Shown here in pieces: positions 1-13,492 of a DNA stretch of 64,000 nt. Each line of letters begins with the position of its first letter. The first letter of the stretch is position 1. The stretch comes from Selaginella moellendorffii. Taxonomy: Eukaryota; Plantae; Lycopodiophyta. Position numbers and translations under genes: made by a program. The notes under the pieces were generated by a model, which ran no database searches, was not told where the DNA came from, and saw nothing but the letters and a program-made list of their open reading frames with translations. The DNA lies in contig NW_003314301.1 in NCBI RefSeq assembly GCF_000143415.4, positions 406,259-470,258 on the forward strand. The letters are read 5' to 3'.

Positions 1-84
1 CTCTCAAATCACGCTCTTGAATAATCAATCGAAAGAAAATAGCCAAGAGCGTTTCTCAAAAGAAGAAGAAAAAAATTCGCTATG

Positions 85-1567
85 CTACTCATTGACCCGC
101 ATATAAGATGGCTCCGTAACTCGTCTGTAAAGGCCAGTGACTTTGCCTATCACATACTCCACACCCCACTGCAGTAACAATGTTTCGTCAGAGGACATCA
201 ATGCACCCATTCAATAACATAACAAACCTGAATGTTCGAGGGAATAGACCTCCAAAAGTCCATGTGAGGAATCGCCTAGAGACCAATTCAAGCCACCGCT
301 TTATGCAATGCCATAGACGAGACAAAGAATTACCTCCACACCGACGATGCCAAGCGCTTTTCTTCGATAAATTGTCGCTGCTATCATATACACAACTAGA
401 AAGCACAGTAATCTACAGCAAAGAAAATCATCTGAGAACAATGAGCACAGAATAAAGCATACTTACACAATAAGCAACGTGCTAAACCACCCGAGGCCTC
501 CGCCATCGAGGCGCGTCACCACAGGACACCCTGCCGGGTGTTTAAGAACTGCTGTCTGAAAATGCAAATGTCAAACACAAAGTACGTTTAAGAGTAAAAA
601 AAAAACGCATACGTAGTGGCAGCCATCTCCTGCAACCGAAGTTGGGAGCTGCAAAAGCAAAAACAAACAAAAACAAGTTAGAAGAAATTAAAAAACACTT
701 TAAGGGACAGTGTTCTTGGACATGAATTAACCTCTTGTTGGCCAGTTCTCTTGCAGTAGACAGATACTGAGAAGGAACACGCGTCCTGAGAGGTATTGGC
801 CACCATGTCGACGATCAGACCTTGCTCTGGTTTGCGCTTGTCTGAAGATTCGACAAGCAATCAGCTTTTACGTGTCAAGTATTGTAGCAAGCCACGTACC
901 TATGAGTGAAAACGTCGTAGTCGATGGAAAACCTAAGGTCCTACACAGTGGAAATCCTGGAAGATAATGAAAGTTGCTAGCTCGAAGCACAAGGAAGATA
1001 AAAAAAAAGAACCAAGTACCGGAGTGTGTGACGGCCTCGAGAGCACTGCACGTCTCGCCACAGTGATCGGGTCCTCCGCAACTCTACTTCCATAAGGTTT
1101 AGTGAGCCTCCAATCCATCACAGGAAAACTTTTTTCTCTTGGTTACCTCGCATCTTTGGCAAATGGGAGGATCGTGATTGAATTTCATGTGCTCGCATAG
1201 CTAGAGAAAAACACAGCAACGAAAAGGAATCACGGGGTTATTTTTTTCTCGCTAAGAACAATGGAGCAAATTTTTTTTCTTCGTACCTGGAACCAAACGA
1301 TTGTCTTGTCGCCGTTGGAATCCTTCTGGACCACTTTGTAAAACCTGGAAGGAGAAGAAGCACTCGATGAGAGAGTAACGCCTGGAAAGGAATGCCATAC
1401 CCATCTTCGCTGCGCACTCCATGGACAAACCCGCGCAGCGGACCCGCGAGATTATAGCTGTAGCGATAGTTTTCAATGGCTGTTTCCCAAATGCAAGAAT
1501 CTGCCCTCACCGAGCTCCTCCACAGCAATACCAGCATCGCGCTCGCGATCGCCACCAGAAAATCCAT
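85..1567 (-). CDS. ATG27 / mannose-6-phosphate-receptor-homology domain type I membrane protein (multi-exon)
   Basis: ATG at 1565-1567 gives signal peptide MDFLVAIASAMLVLLWRSSVRA. Short exons read YSYNLAGPLRGFVHGVRSEDGFYKV, CSFSVSVYC, LKHPAGCP, GLGWFSTLLIV plus a TM segment. The last exon ends SYMRVNE* (TAG at 85-87). Resembles the plant ATG27-like family from memory. Confidence 0.8.
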
Positions 1568-1721
1568 AGAAATCGATAGAGACGAGCAGCGCCAGGCCCA
1601 CGCTCGCCCGCGCGCCCTAGCAAAGAGAACTCGCTGTGGACAATGGGAGCTAAACAACACAGCAAGGCAAAGGTTTCAAAAATTAAAAAAAATCTTTGTT
1701 AAGCAAAAAATTAAAAGCGTT

Positions 1722-1794
1722 TGGAGATGCCGGGTATCGATCCCGGTGCCTCTCGCATGCTAAGCGAGCGCTCTACCATCTGAGCTACATCCCC
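1722..1794 (-). tRNA. trnA-AGC: tRNA-Ala (anticodon AGC)
   Basis: Minus strand reads GGGGATGTAGCTCAGATGGTAGAGCGCTCGCTTAGCATGCGAGAGGCACCGGGATCGATACCCGGCATCTCCA, a 73-nt cloverleaf with G3:U70. T-runs (Pol III terminator) follow. Confidence 0.97.
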
Positions 1795-1830
1795 AACGTG
1801 AGAATTCTTTCAAAACTTTTTAATCATGAC

Positions 1831-2987
1831 TTAAATCTTGGAGATTTTAAAGGAATCCATTATCCTTCTAAGATCGTCACCCTCCAATGCGAACGTTCTT
1901 TCGGGCGCTTGGAGTCTTAACTGGTAGAGTCGTTTGTTCTCCACGCCCAGCACCGAGATGTAGCGGCGATCCCACTCGATCTTCATGACGCGGTCTTGGG
2001 GAAGGATCGCCATCTGGTTGTTCGTGGCGAAAGATTTGGCGTTCACCTGCGATGGAGCGATCGAATCCATGGAGCTGTGAGCACAAATCTTTGACAAAAA
2101 GCTTGGCAAATCAACGACAAGAAGAAGAAACAAAAATTGGATCGTGGAAACAATGGAATGGCTTTCTGCAATGACAATCGAGGACGAGGGAGAATCGCGC
2201 AAGGAAAACCCCAGAAGAAAAGGCGAAGAAGTAGTCACTGGAGAAGATTGGAAGTATCATCAAAGAAGAAAAGCAAAAGAAAGAATCGATCGAGCTAAAG
2301 GGAGATGCTAGAGAAGATTGGAAGAATCATCAATGAAGATAGAAGATAGTGGTAGCAAAAGAAAGAATCGATTGAGCTCGAGGAGAAGAACTGAGAAGGC
2401 CAAGAACTCACCTCCACTTCGTAGAGGAGGCGGCCATCGCCATCCACTCTGGATCGCGACGAGAGAACGTTGATCTCCCTGCGAACTCCCAGCCTCGTAG
2501 ACATGAACTCCGTCGACAGCTGCTTGAGCAATCCCTGCGCGGCATCCTGTGGCAATCCCAGCTCCTCGATCGATTGGTATCGCGAGCTCGACGGCGAGCT
2601 CACGTCCACCGTCACCGATTCATCCAGATTCACGGGGCTCCGGAAGAAGCAATCGGCGCCGGCGCCACGGACCTGGAACCACGATCCCGGATAGGAGAAG
2701 GAGTAGCCATCGAATGGATCCTCGAACACCTTAAACCCTAGCACCTCTCCTCCTTTCTCCGCTGCTAGCGCGAGATCTTGCTCTTGCAACCCGAGATTTC
2801 GATGGAGGATGGAGATCGCGAAGAATGTGGGAGGGAGAAGGATCGATCGGCGGGAAAATGGCGCTGGACCGCAAGAATCTCGACAAGAAGAAGAAGAAGA
2901 GGAGGAGCACCTGGGAGTGAAATGCGTCGCGTGTGCCCTGTGTGGCAATAACAAGAGTGAAGAGGCGGTCGCCATAGCCAGAGGCAT
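1831..2987 (-). CDS. PPD1: PsbP domain-containing protein 1, thylakoid lumen (2 exons: 2987-2412, 2046-1831)
   Basis: Transit peptide with SRRS twin-Arg. Motifs DGYSFSYP, QVRGAGAD, STEFMSTRLGVRRE, EWDRRYISVLGVENKRLYQLRLQ. GT-AG intron 2411-2047 joins in frame. Confidence 0.9.
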
Positions 2988-3409
2988 ATCCACGAAAGAA
3001 GAAGAAAATATCTCCTTTATAATGAAAAGTAAGCTGTCTCTAAATTATTCTGGTATATTCTAATTCTAAACATCACCGTTGGATTAAGATATAGACCATT
3101 TTAGGGTTCTAAAGGTAACAAAGACGATGAGCCTGTACAACTTTTATCTTCTCTTTTCACCTCGTTTATGTGCCTATAGGTGATCGATGGTCTGGGCCGG
3201 CTAGCATGAGAAGAAAACTTTAGGAGCAAACCAACAAGAAGAGAATCCTTACATTGCCAAACGCAAATCTTCGTGCCATGACTTTCAAGCGGATATCGTT
3301 TGTGAGAACTCATCGCTGTTTTCTGATTGTGAAGGATCCCGCAGATTTGGAACGCAATCTTATATAGCGAAAGCCCTTCAATGTAACATTTTTCTAGAAT
3401 TCCAAGTTT

Positions 3410-4423
3410 GTGAATCACCTGTCTCTCTTTGTGCTGCTGGATGCGATGTGCAATATGTTTTGGGAGGATATAAAGCAAGAGTATCCAAATATGCCAGGAG
3501 GTGCTTTCAAACGGCCCTACAGGCGGACCAAGACTGAGATATGTACAATTAACAACAGGCCTACTCTTCTGCTCCAGGGGTTAAAAGAGAGCAAGAATTT
3601 GGTCACTTCTCGTAAGCGGTTTGAGGCCTTTAGGACGGAGTTGTGTATTTTCGTTGGAGCCTCTGGAAGCGGGAAGATTATGAGTTGGCCTCTGAAATAT
3701 ATATATAAATATATATATCTGTGTGTGTGACCTCTCAGAGCATGCACCTCGTGATAAGGGTTCAAAGGACCTCCATTATGTTGCATTGACGCTTCTTGAG
3801 TTATATTCCTGGGACTGGGCCAATTTCTCCTACACCTTTGAGTTGTTGCATTGTCATCGCTAGACTTTATATTTTCAAGGCATACAAGGAACTCCCTGAG
3901 GTGGTGGAGCTTTGTCCATTGAATCCCCTCGTACCTTCTTCATGGATTTGTCTGTTCTTTATTAATGAAACGATTGTGTGGGCCTTCTTCAAACAGTTGA
4001 AGTATAGATAGCCTGATCCTTTGGAGTATTTAACGAGGAGTCTTCTTACTCTTGTGAAGTCCAACGATGAGCAAGAACTTGGCCATGTTTTTGGTGTTTT
4101 CTTCATAAGCTAAGCACGTTGAAAAAAGAAATCACGTAGTGGTCTTGGACGAGTGCCAAGTGGTGGCAAATTTGTTGGAGGACAGGTTTTTGAGTGTTAC
4201 CACACAGACTCAGGGCCATTCGATGCTTGACATGCTACTGTTCACTCTATATGAAATCGGTTTTGACAGCGAAGTTATTATATCAGGCACTGGCAGACAT
4301 CCCTTTCTGAAGGCTACAAGGCGATCAAAATCGAAGTCGGAGGTATCTGCAATCAGGTCCTCCGTATACCTTTTGAGTTTGCCAGCACTTCTAGACTCCC
4401 TGAATCCAGTGAAGTTGAAATAA
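3410..4423 (+). pseudogene. Degenerate Crinkler-like (CR) P-loop NTPase fragments
   Basis: RPTLLLQGL, Walker A IFVGASGSGK, Walker B VVLDECQV and VIISGTG occur in broken frames, interrupted by an (AT)n run and stops. Confidence 0.45.
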
Positions 4424-5495
4424 CTCAACCTATTCTTTGCCCTTGTCACCTGGGGCAGGTATGGGTTCTATGTTACAGCTCTGCAAATTTTTTTAGAAGA
4501 GACTGAGAAAGAGCTTTCTCAGACTCTCTTCTCAATTGACAAGAAAATCAAAACAAGGGAAATTGAGACAGCTCTGGTGCTGTCAAAAATTGCGGCACAC
4601 ACCAGCCTTGTCTTGCTCAACTGCATCCGACTTGGAGAATCAGGCTATGACATCTTGGCAGTCTCTTCTCTATAAGTTCGGCTGTAAATCCCTAGTGATT
4701 ATCCCCGTAGAAGTCTTTCCTTGTGAAGCTCTAGAATCAAAGTTCGTTGTCTAACTGTGCTGGATTCCTCCAAAACCAGTGGTTTCTCGTCTCCTGAGAA
4801 GCATTTTTCCGCATCGATGATGGAACAACTGCCGTGTTGTGTCCCTGCCAACTGCGGTATGGCCAACCCCCACCGTGGTACCCAGGCGCCCAAGGAGGCC
4901 CGATAATCTTTTGTCTAACACTGCCACAAGCTATTCTAAAGATGATCGAGGCGGGTGCTTGATCACTGATGTTATGGACTAAGCTTGTAAGAACTCTCGA
5001 TTTTAATGAGGACCTCGACAATTCAAAGTTTTTTGTAGCTTTGCTTGCTCGCTTGCTTGTACCTTCTTTGGCTTCAGCATCATTGCCGTGAGCCTTGCTT
5101 CTTTCTGGCTGCCGCTTCCACCATATACACGTCTGTGTTCCTCTCTGTCGAGAGAAACCAAAGCTTGTTTAGTCATCAAGAACCGCTTGAAAGACACGAT
5201 GGCTGGATCCTCAAGGATCCCTGGAATCTAGTGACGAGCTCACGTCCCAGGCTCGAAACACAAACATCCGCTCCTGGGCACTTGGGCGACGACCAACAAC
5301 ATCCTTCACCACCCTCCAGCTTATAGTACCGTGGTAAGGCTCCGTGTTCCCGGTGCAAAAGAATACGAGCTGCTTCGCCACCGCCGGGTACTCGTCGTCC
5401 TCCCTCTTATCTAAGCAAAGTCGCACAAAGTCTCGAAAGCTCTCCAGCATCGCCGGCTCCAGCTGACCATTGCCACGATCAAACACCACGGGCGA

Positions 5496-5610
5496 TTGGG
5501 CTGTGGATGTGATAATTTGATAATGGGCATTCTACGTCTTGATCCCAGGAAGAGATGGACACTAGATCAAGTGATCAAGCATCCTTGGATTTTGGACAGT
5601 TCTCCAAGAT
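5496..5610 (+). pseudogene. Protein kinase C-terminal (subdomain XI) fragment
   Basis: DNLIMGILRLDPRKRWTLDQVIKHPWI matches kinase subdomain XI. No N-lobe is present upstream. Confidence 0.55.
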
Positions 5611-5858
5611 CCAAAGAAGGTGTCCGATTTGGACAGTTTTGGAGAACTGTCCAAAATCCAAAGAAGCTACAGCTAAGACCAGAAGGTGGTAAGAAACAAA
5701 ATCTATAATTTTAACGTGAGCATATTAAAGGTAAAATACTATAAACATGTTTATAATTTAAACATTGGATGTAAAATTTCAACTAAAATAAAAATAATAA
5801 AAAATCTAAAAGATGGCGTCAGTGTTAAACTTAAATATGTTTTAAGCTTATAACAACG

Positions 5859-7433
5859 ATGGAGGAATTAGGGTTCCTTGGCGATAGTGATGCTCCAGCG
5901 AGAGAAAGGGGGGCGATATCGCCAAGCCTTCGATCTCTCATCGATGCGCCGGGAAGAAGGATGATTCGCAGCAGCCGCAGTTTCCTCTCGGCCCTGATTT
6001 GGTCCCTGGCGGCATGGATTCTCGTCATGCAGCTCTACATGGCGTTCTTCCCGCCCCAGCTCGTGCTCTTCGACGATCCTCGCTCGCACAGGCGCGGCGG
6101 CGGGAGCTTCGTCAGGACGGAGGAGCGGATGATGCGATCGCTGGGCGGCGGCGAGGGGAGGTACGAGAATCTCACAATGCTGGAGAAGGAAGAAATTTTC
6201 AAGGCTTCTTCCGCGAGGAATGTGTCCGATTTTCCAGACATTGGCCTCGTTCTAGATCCTGTCAATGCTCCAGCGCAGGATAGGAATTTTTTTTTCCCAG
6301 GAAGGCACTGGCTCGACTCCAGCGGGAATTCCATTCAAGCACATGGTGGAGGAATTCTTTATGTTCCAAGCACTGGAATTTTTTATTGGTATGGTGAGAA
6401 CAAGGATGGACCTACATACTACGCTCCCACGGAATACGAGTCTCTAGCCAGAGTAAGCATCTCTCTCTTTCTTTTTTCGTTAGATCTAGCTCTCGAGTGA
6501 GAAAAACTTTCTAGATCGAGAGAGTTTCCTTTCGTACAAAGATGGACTGATAGTTTCTTTTTTAATGAAAACTCACAGGTTGATCTCATTGGAGTGAGTT
6601 GCTACTCCTCCAAAGATCTCTGGCTCTGGAAGTACGAGGGACTCGTTCTCGAAGGTGACAAGGAAGACGAGAGCAGTGACTTATACTACAAGAACGTTTT
6701 GGAGAGGCCGAAAGTTATCTACAACGAACGAAGCCAGCAGTACGTGATGTGGCTACACATTGACAGTGCAAACTACACCAAAGCTTCGCTGGGTGTCGCT
6801 GTAAGTTCTCGACCGGAGGGGCCGTTTGAGTTCTTGGGAAGCAAGCAGCCTCACGCTTTCGAGAGCAGGGACATGACAGTGTTTAAGGACGAAGATGGCA
6901 CGGCTTACGTCGTTTACTCCTCGGAAGGGAACAGTGCTCTACACATCACTCCGCTGCAAGACGACTATCTCGAGTTCCGGAACGTCATGTCGAGGGTGTT
7001 TGTGGATCAACACAGGGAAGCTCCAGCAGTTTTCAAGCATCGCGGGATTTACTACATGGTCACCTCCGATTGTACAGGATGGGCTCCAAACACAGCTTTG
7101 GTTCATGTAGCGGAGAACATGCTGGGACCTTGGGAAACTGCCGGGAATCCATGCGTGGGTGGAACGTCGTGGTTTAGATCGACGACTTTCTTCTCGCAGG
7201 GAAGTTTTGTTCTTCCGTTGCCTGGGCTTCCCAACACTTTCCTCTTCATGGCGGATAGGTGGAACTCTACAGAGTTGCGGCACTCGAGATATGTTTGGTT
7301 GCCACTTACGGTGGATGGACCGGTTGACGAGCCAGTGGAAGGCTTGTTTGAGTTCCCGTTTTGGTGGAGGGTCTCCATACGATGGTACTCGAGATGGAAG
7401 CTGCCGGTGGATTGGGAGAAGAACAAACCGTGA
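5859..7433 (+). CDS. Glycoside hydrolase family 43 (exo-beta-1,3-galactanase-like), type II membrane protein (exons 5859-6452, 6579-7433)
   Basis: N-terminal TM. Motifs IQAHGGGIL, YWYGENKDG, CYSSKDLWLW, ERPKVIYN, SRDMTVFKD, HREAPAVFK, MADRWN. GT-AG intron restores ARVDLIGVSC. Confidence 0.93.
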
Positions 7434-7499
7434 CAGGGTCTCCATGTAGGGTTTATATATGGAGGAAAGGCAAGCGCAGGTGGAGAAAAATGCGAACGA

Positions 7500-10133
7500 A
7501 TGAGGTGGGTCTTTTTGAAGGGGATCTTCAGGGCCTTCCACACCAAAAGAACTCCTCCGCCATCGTCACAGCTCGAGCTGACGACGAAGAAGAACAGCCG
7601 CGATGCGAAAGAGGTGCTCGAGAATTACGACAGTTTGAAGAAGCAGGGAGTGAAGCCCAGCATTTCTCTCATTGTCTCGGCATTGAAGGCATGCAGCGGT
7701 TTGAAAGACTTGAAGAAGGGCATGAGGATCCATTCGGAGATCATAAGCAGTGGTAACGATGGAAACATCTTCGTTCAGAGCACACTCGTGGACATGTATT
7801 CCAAGTGTGGAAGCATGGCTGATGCCCGGCGGGTTTTCAACTCCATGTGTCATCCCAACGTTGTATCCTGGACGGTGATCATCTCGGGGTACGTTCAGTG
7901 TGGAGAGCCGGAGACTTCTCTCAAGCTTTTCGAGCTCATGCAGGAGAAAGGTGTGTCGCCTAACGAGCGAACATACGTTGCTGCGATCAGAGCCTGCTCT
8001 AGCCTTGGTACTCGAGAGGACGGAAAACAGGCTGATGGGAAAGTCACAAAGGCTGCTAGCTTGGAGACAGGCCGGTTGATACATTCCCAGCTTGCGAGCA
8101 AAGGCTACGAGCGTGACGCTTTTGTTGCGAGCTCTCTCGTGGATATGTACTCCAAGTGTGGAAGTATGGAGGATGCACGGAATGTCTTCGACAAGATGAC
8201 AAGGTGGGACTTGATATCGTGGACTGCAGTGATTTTGGGCTATTCTCGAAGCGGTGATGGAGGACAGGCTCTGGATTTATTCTCGAGGATGCAAGACGAA
8301 GGCTTTGTGCCAGATCCTCGAACGTTTCTGGCTGCTATCAACGCATGCACTAGCCTTGCGGCCAAGGAAGTGGGGAAACAGGTTCAAGGAAAGCTCGTGA
8401 AAGTCGAGTGTTTGGCTAGAGGCACTACCATCCATTCTCAGCTTTCAAAATTTGGACATGACCGGTCTGATCTATTCGTGGCGAGTGGCTTGGTGGACAT
8501 GTACGCTAAGTGTGGCAGCATGGTGGATTCCCGGCGAGTTTTCGAGGCGATGAAGCAGCGTAGCCTGGTGTCATGGACTTCGATCATACTTGGCTACGCT
8601 CAGAGTGGAGAGCAACCAGAGCTGGCTCTCGATTTGTTTACTCGGATGCAAGCGGAAGGTTTTCAGCCCAATGCTCGGACTTTCGTCGCTGCTTTGAAGG
8701 CCTGCTCAAGCTTGGGTGACAACAAAGAAGGCGAGAAACAGGCTACAGCGCTAGCGAAAGGACGACAAATTCACTTGCAGCTCTCAAAGCACGGGTACGA
8801 ATCTGATACATTCGTCTCTAACTCTCTCGTGGATATGTATGCAAAGTGTGGAAGCATGACCGAGGCCCGTCAGGTTTTCGAAGGCATGAAAAGCCATACA
8901 GCGGTATCATGGAACGCGATCATCATGGGCTACGCTCAAGCTGGCGAAGGCGAGCAGGCTCTAGAGCTCTTCTCACGCATGAAAGAGAAGGGATTCGTGC
9001 CTGATGTTCCAACGTACGTCTCGGCACTCAAGGCTTGCAGCAGCCTGGCGGCTCTCGAGTCCGGAAGGAGAATCCACGACGAGCTCAGCAGTGCTGGATA
9101 CGGAAAAGATGACATGGTGGTCAACTCGCTGATCAGTCTCTACGGCAAGTGTGGCAGCCTGGTGGAAGCTCAGCAGGTGTTTGATTCAACGTCCAAGCGG
9201 GATTTGATAAGCTGGAGCGCGTTGATAGCAGGATATGGCTACCAGGGTGACACAAAGCAGGCTTTTGATCTCTTCGAGAGGATGCAAAACGAGGAACGCC
9301 TCCAGCCGGACGGTGTAACTTTCCTGTCGATCCTCACGGCTTGCAGCCACGCCGGGCTCGTGGACAGAGGCAAGGAATACTTCCAGGCGATGTGCTCTGA
9401 CTACGTGATAACTCCCAGCATCGAGCACTACACTTGCATGGTCGACTTGCTGGGCCGGGCCAACCATCTCGACGACGCGGTAGCGATGGTGCGAGGCATG
9501 CCTTACGAGCCAAACTCGACCGTGTGGATGACGCTGCTGGGGGCTTGCCGGAAGTGGAAGAACGCAAAGATTGGAAAGGTGGCGTTTGAGTCGCTGGTGA
9601 GGATCGACGAGAAAGATGGCGCGGCGTACGTTCTCATGGCGGACACTTACGCGAGCCTCGGGTTGTGGGAGGAGAGCGCGAGAGTAAACGCGATGAGGAG
9701 GAATGCGAAGGCTTGGAAGAAGCAGGGACAGAGCTGGTGGGTCGATCGTGCCGGGAAGATCCACAGGTTTGGAGCTGGAGACTCGACGCATCCACAGATC
9801 GAGGAGATTCGCGCGAGGATGAGAGAAGTGGTGGCTCGGATCAAGGAAGAAGGCTACGTTCCCGACGTGAGCAGTGTGCTGTATAACATCAGCGACGAGG
9901 ACAAGGAGGCTGCGCTGTGTGGACACAGCGAGAAGCTGGCCATCGGGTGTGCGCTCGTCAACTCGGCTCCAGGGACGAGCGTGAGGATCGCCAAGAACTT
10001 GCGAGTTTGCGAGGATTGTCACAAGGCCACGGAGGTTATATCGAGAGTGGAGCGGCGAGTGGTGGTGTGTAGAGACGCGAACAGGTTCCACGAGTTTAGA
10101 GATGGCAAGTGCTCATGTGGTGGATTTTGGTGA
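7500..10133 (+). CDS. PLS-class PPR protein with E and DYW (WW-type) deaminase domain, organellar RNA-editing factor
   Basis: Intronless 877 aa with repeated LVDMYSKCGS/VSWT motifs, E domain, KKQGQSWWVD box, HSEKLA and CEDCH zinc ligands. C-terminus is CSCGGFW. Confidence 0.95.
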   Translation: MRWVFLKGIFRAFHTKRTPPPSSQLELTTKKNSRDAKEVLENYDSLKKQGVKPSISLIVSALKACSGLKDLKKGMRIHSEIISSGNDGNIFVQSTLVDMYSKCGSMADARRVFNSMCHPNVVSWTVIISGYVQCGEPETSLKLFELMQEKGVSPNERTYVAAIRACSSLGTREDGKQADGKVTKAASLETGRLIHSQLASKGYERDAFVASSLVDMYSKCGSMEDARNVFDKMTRWDLISWTAVILGYSRSGDGGQALDLFSRMQDEGFVPDPRTFLAAINACTSLAAKEVGKQVQGKLVKVECLARGTTIHSQLSKFGHDRSDLFVASGLVDMYAKCGSMVDSRRVFEAMKQRSLVSWTSIILGYAQSGEQPELALDLFTRMQAEGFQPNARTFVAALKACSSLGDNKEGEKQATALAKGRQIHLQLSKHGYESDTFVSNSLVDMYAKCGSMTEARQVFEGMKSHTAVSWNAIIMGYAQAGEGEQALELFSRMKEKGFVPDVPTYVSALKACSSLAALESGRRIHDELSSAGYGKDDMVVNSLISLYGKCGSLVEAQQVFDSTSKRDLISWSALIAGYGYQGDTKQAFDLFERMQNEERLQPDGVTFLSILTACSHAGLVDRGKEYFQAMCSDYVITPSIEHYTCMVDLLGRANHLDDAVAMVRGMPYEPNSTVWMTLLGACRKWKNAKIGKVAFESLVRIDEKDGAAYVLMADTYASLGLWEESARVNAMRRNAKAWKKQGQSWWVDRAGKIHRFGAGDSTHPQIEEIRARMREVVARIKEEGYVPDVSSVLYNISDEDKEAALCGHSEKLAIGCALVNSAPGTSVRIAKNLRVCEDCHKATEVISRVERRVVVCRDANRFHEFRDGKCSCGGFW

Positions 10134-10345
10134 GTGGAAAAATGACAAGTTTTTTCACTCTTGTTCACCGTTATGTGTTCTTCTATTGTAGCCAATGCAG
10201 TGCTCAATGACAAAAATGAGGAGTTAATCAGAATCCAAATATGTTCGATTCCGATTGACAATCAACTCAAGAACATCAAGTTGAGATATCCTCTTCTTCT
10301 TTACATATGTTCTTCTTTTTTTAAAAATAAAGGATCTTATCTCAT

Positions 10346-11798
10346 TTATTTTTTCAAGTTTGTCAGGAAATCTGAGAGCCTGTTTCCAAAGGATCACGTT
10401 AGAGCTCAAGAACAAGGAGATCCACCTGTTTCACCTGATATTTTTTGCAATTACAGTGGTTCCATCCGCGGCTCCCAGGTGCCGGAGCTTCACTTCTTCC
10501 TTTGTACCATCACCATAAGCGTGCTGCGAAATCAATCCACACAAACTTAGCTCGATGGAAACTTAACGAAGAACAAAACTTTACCCTGTAGAAGCAGCTA
10601 GTTCCAAACGGACAAGTGCTATTTCCATATTCAAAATACTTACAGTCGATCGAACTAGCAGCGAGAAAAACGAAGTAAGTTACTTGGAAACCAAGATCAA
10701 GAAAGAAAACGATAGACATACCTGAGCTTGTTCTTGTATCCGTTTACAATCTCTTCCTTTTCCTCCGTGTTGGAATACCAAACAACGCTGGGAATCACGT
10801 AATGCGATGAAACTCGGCAAATCGGACAAGCTCGAACGATGGTTTCCAGATCCATGCCGGGGCGAGTGCCACCTCTCCAATCTCGTATACACGCGATGCA
10901 AAACGGATGATCACACCCGGACAAGATCCCAAACTTCCGGTCGGACATGGAAGGCTTGGACAGAACACGCTCCAAACAAACGCTACACTCGATGTCCTGG
11001 CTCATGCGGAGTAACTCGAGACGCTTCTGGCTACGCACACACTGCTCCCTGTGTTCTTCCCTCTCGGCCTCTCGAAAGGGATGCAAGCAATGCTTACCGC
11101 AGCTCTCGCACAGATCGCCATGGAGATTGGAGCACGAGTTTCCATAGGGGCAGTAGCCGGCGGCGGCGAAAGAACAGATGGGACGATCGGCCAGATCCAA
11201 GCTTGCGGTGTCTGGAGCTTGGAACTCTTCCCAGGGATCCGGCTCGAAGGTGTCGAAGGTAGCGAGAGATGGCGATGGAGCTGGAGGAGGGACTAGAGGA
11301 CGCTCTTGCCAGGCGTTTAGAAGAGGTAACTTGGTGGGCGATGGAGCTGGCGGAGAAGTGGCGGTGGCGGCGGTGGAGGTGGTCGCGGAAGAGCTGGGAG
11401 CTTGCGAAAAATTTGTTTTTGGAGATGGATGATCTTCGGTGGAAGATGGAGATGGAGCGGGATTAAACGGTGGAACAAATGGAAGCTTTGGGCGAGGGAG
11501 TCTTACGTGCTCGTAGCGGCAGCGGCTGCCATAGGAGCAAACACCGCGCTGGTAAAACGTACAAATCTGCGAGGAAAAACGCCCGAGAAAAAAGCAAGAA
11601 CAAATGGAATTGGGGATCGAACAAAAAGAGCTTACGTTGCTGGATGGATCGTCGAAGCTGTGGGAGAATTGGCAGGAATCGCCCTTGAGGCACGCGCCGT
11701 GGAGATAATACTTGCAGAGAATTCTACATTGGATCAATCAATTAGCTGGAAAAACGAGAGATTTCTTCTGGGCGGGGCGCGCACCTGTGCTGCGGCAT
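10346..11798 (-). CDS. MKRN: Makorin-type CCCH zinc finger / RING E3 ubiquitin ligase (multi-exon)
   Basis: Micro-exon MPQHR (ATG 11796-11798) splices to [14 protein letters not shown]. Three CCCH fingers, Cys-His motif, RING CSVCLE...[14 protein letters not shown]...CPICR and a final CCCH. Ends [10 protein letters not shown] at 10346. Confidence 0.93.
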
Positions 11799-12015
11799 CA
11801 CCGCGACGAAGAACCCTACGACCTAATTCCCTAAAGGTAAAAAGTATTAACCACTTATAGACTATAGTGCTGGATTTCGATACAAATCCTTTATATGATG
11901 AATAAGTGTATGTTGGGTATAATTATATACCACATCATCTTCTACCTTTAACATCTCTTTGGGATGAGATTGCTTTTTCAACACTCCTTTATTGTTTTAT
12001 GAGTTCCAGGCCTTT

Positions 12016-13492
<1,477 letters not shown>

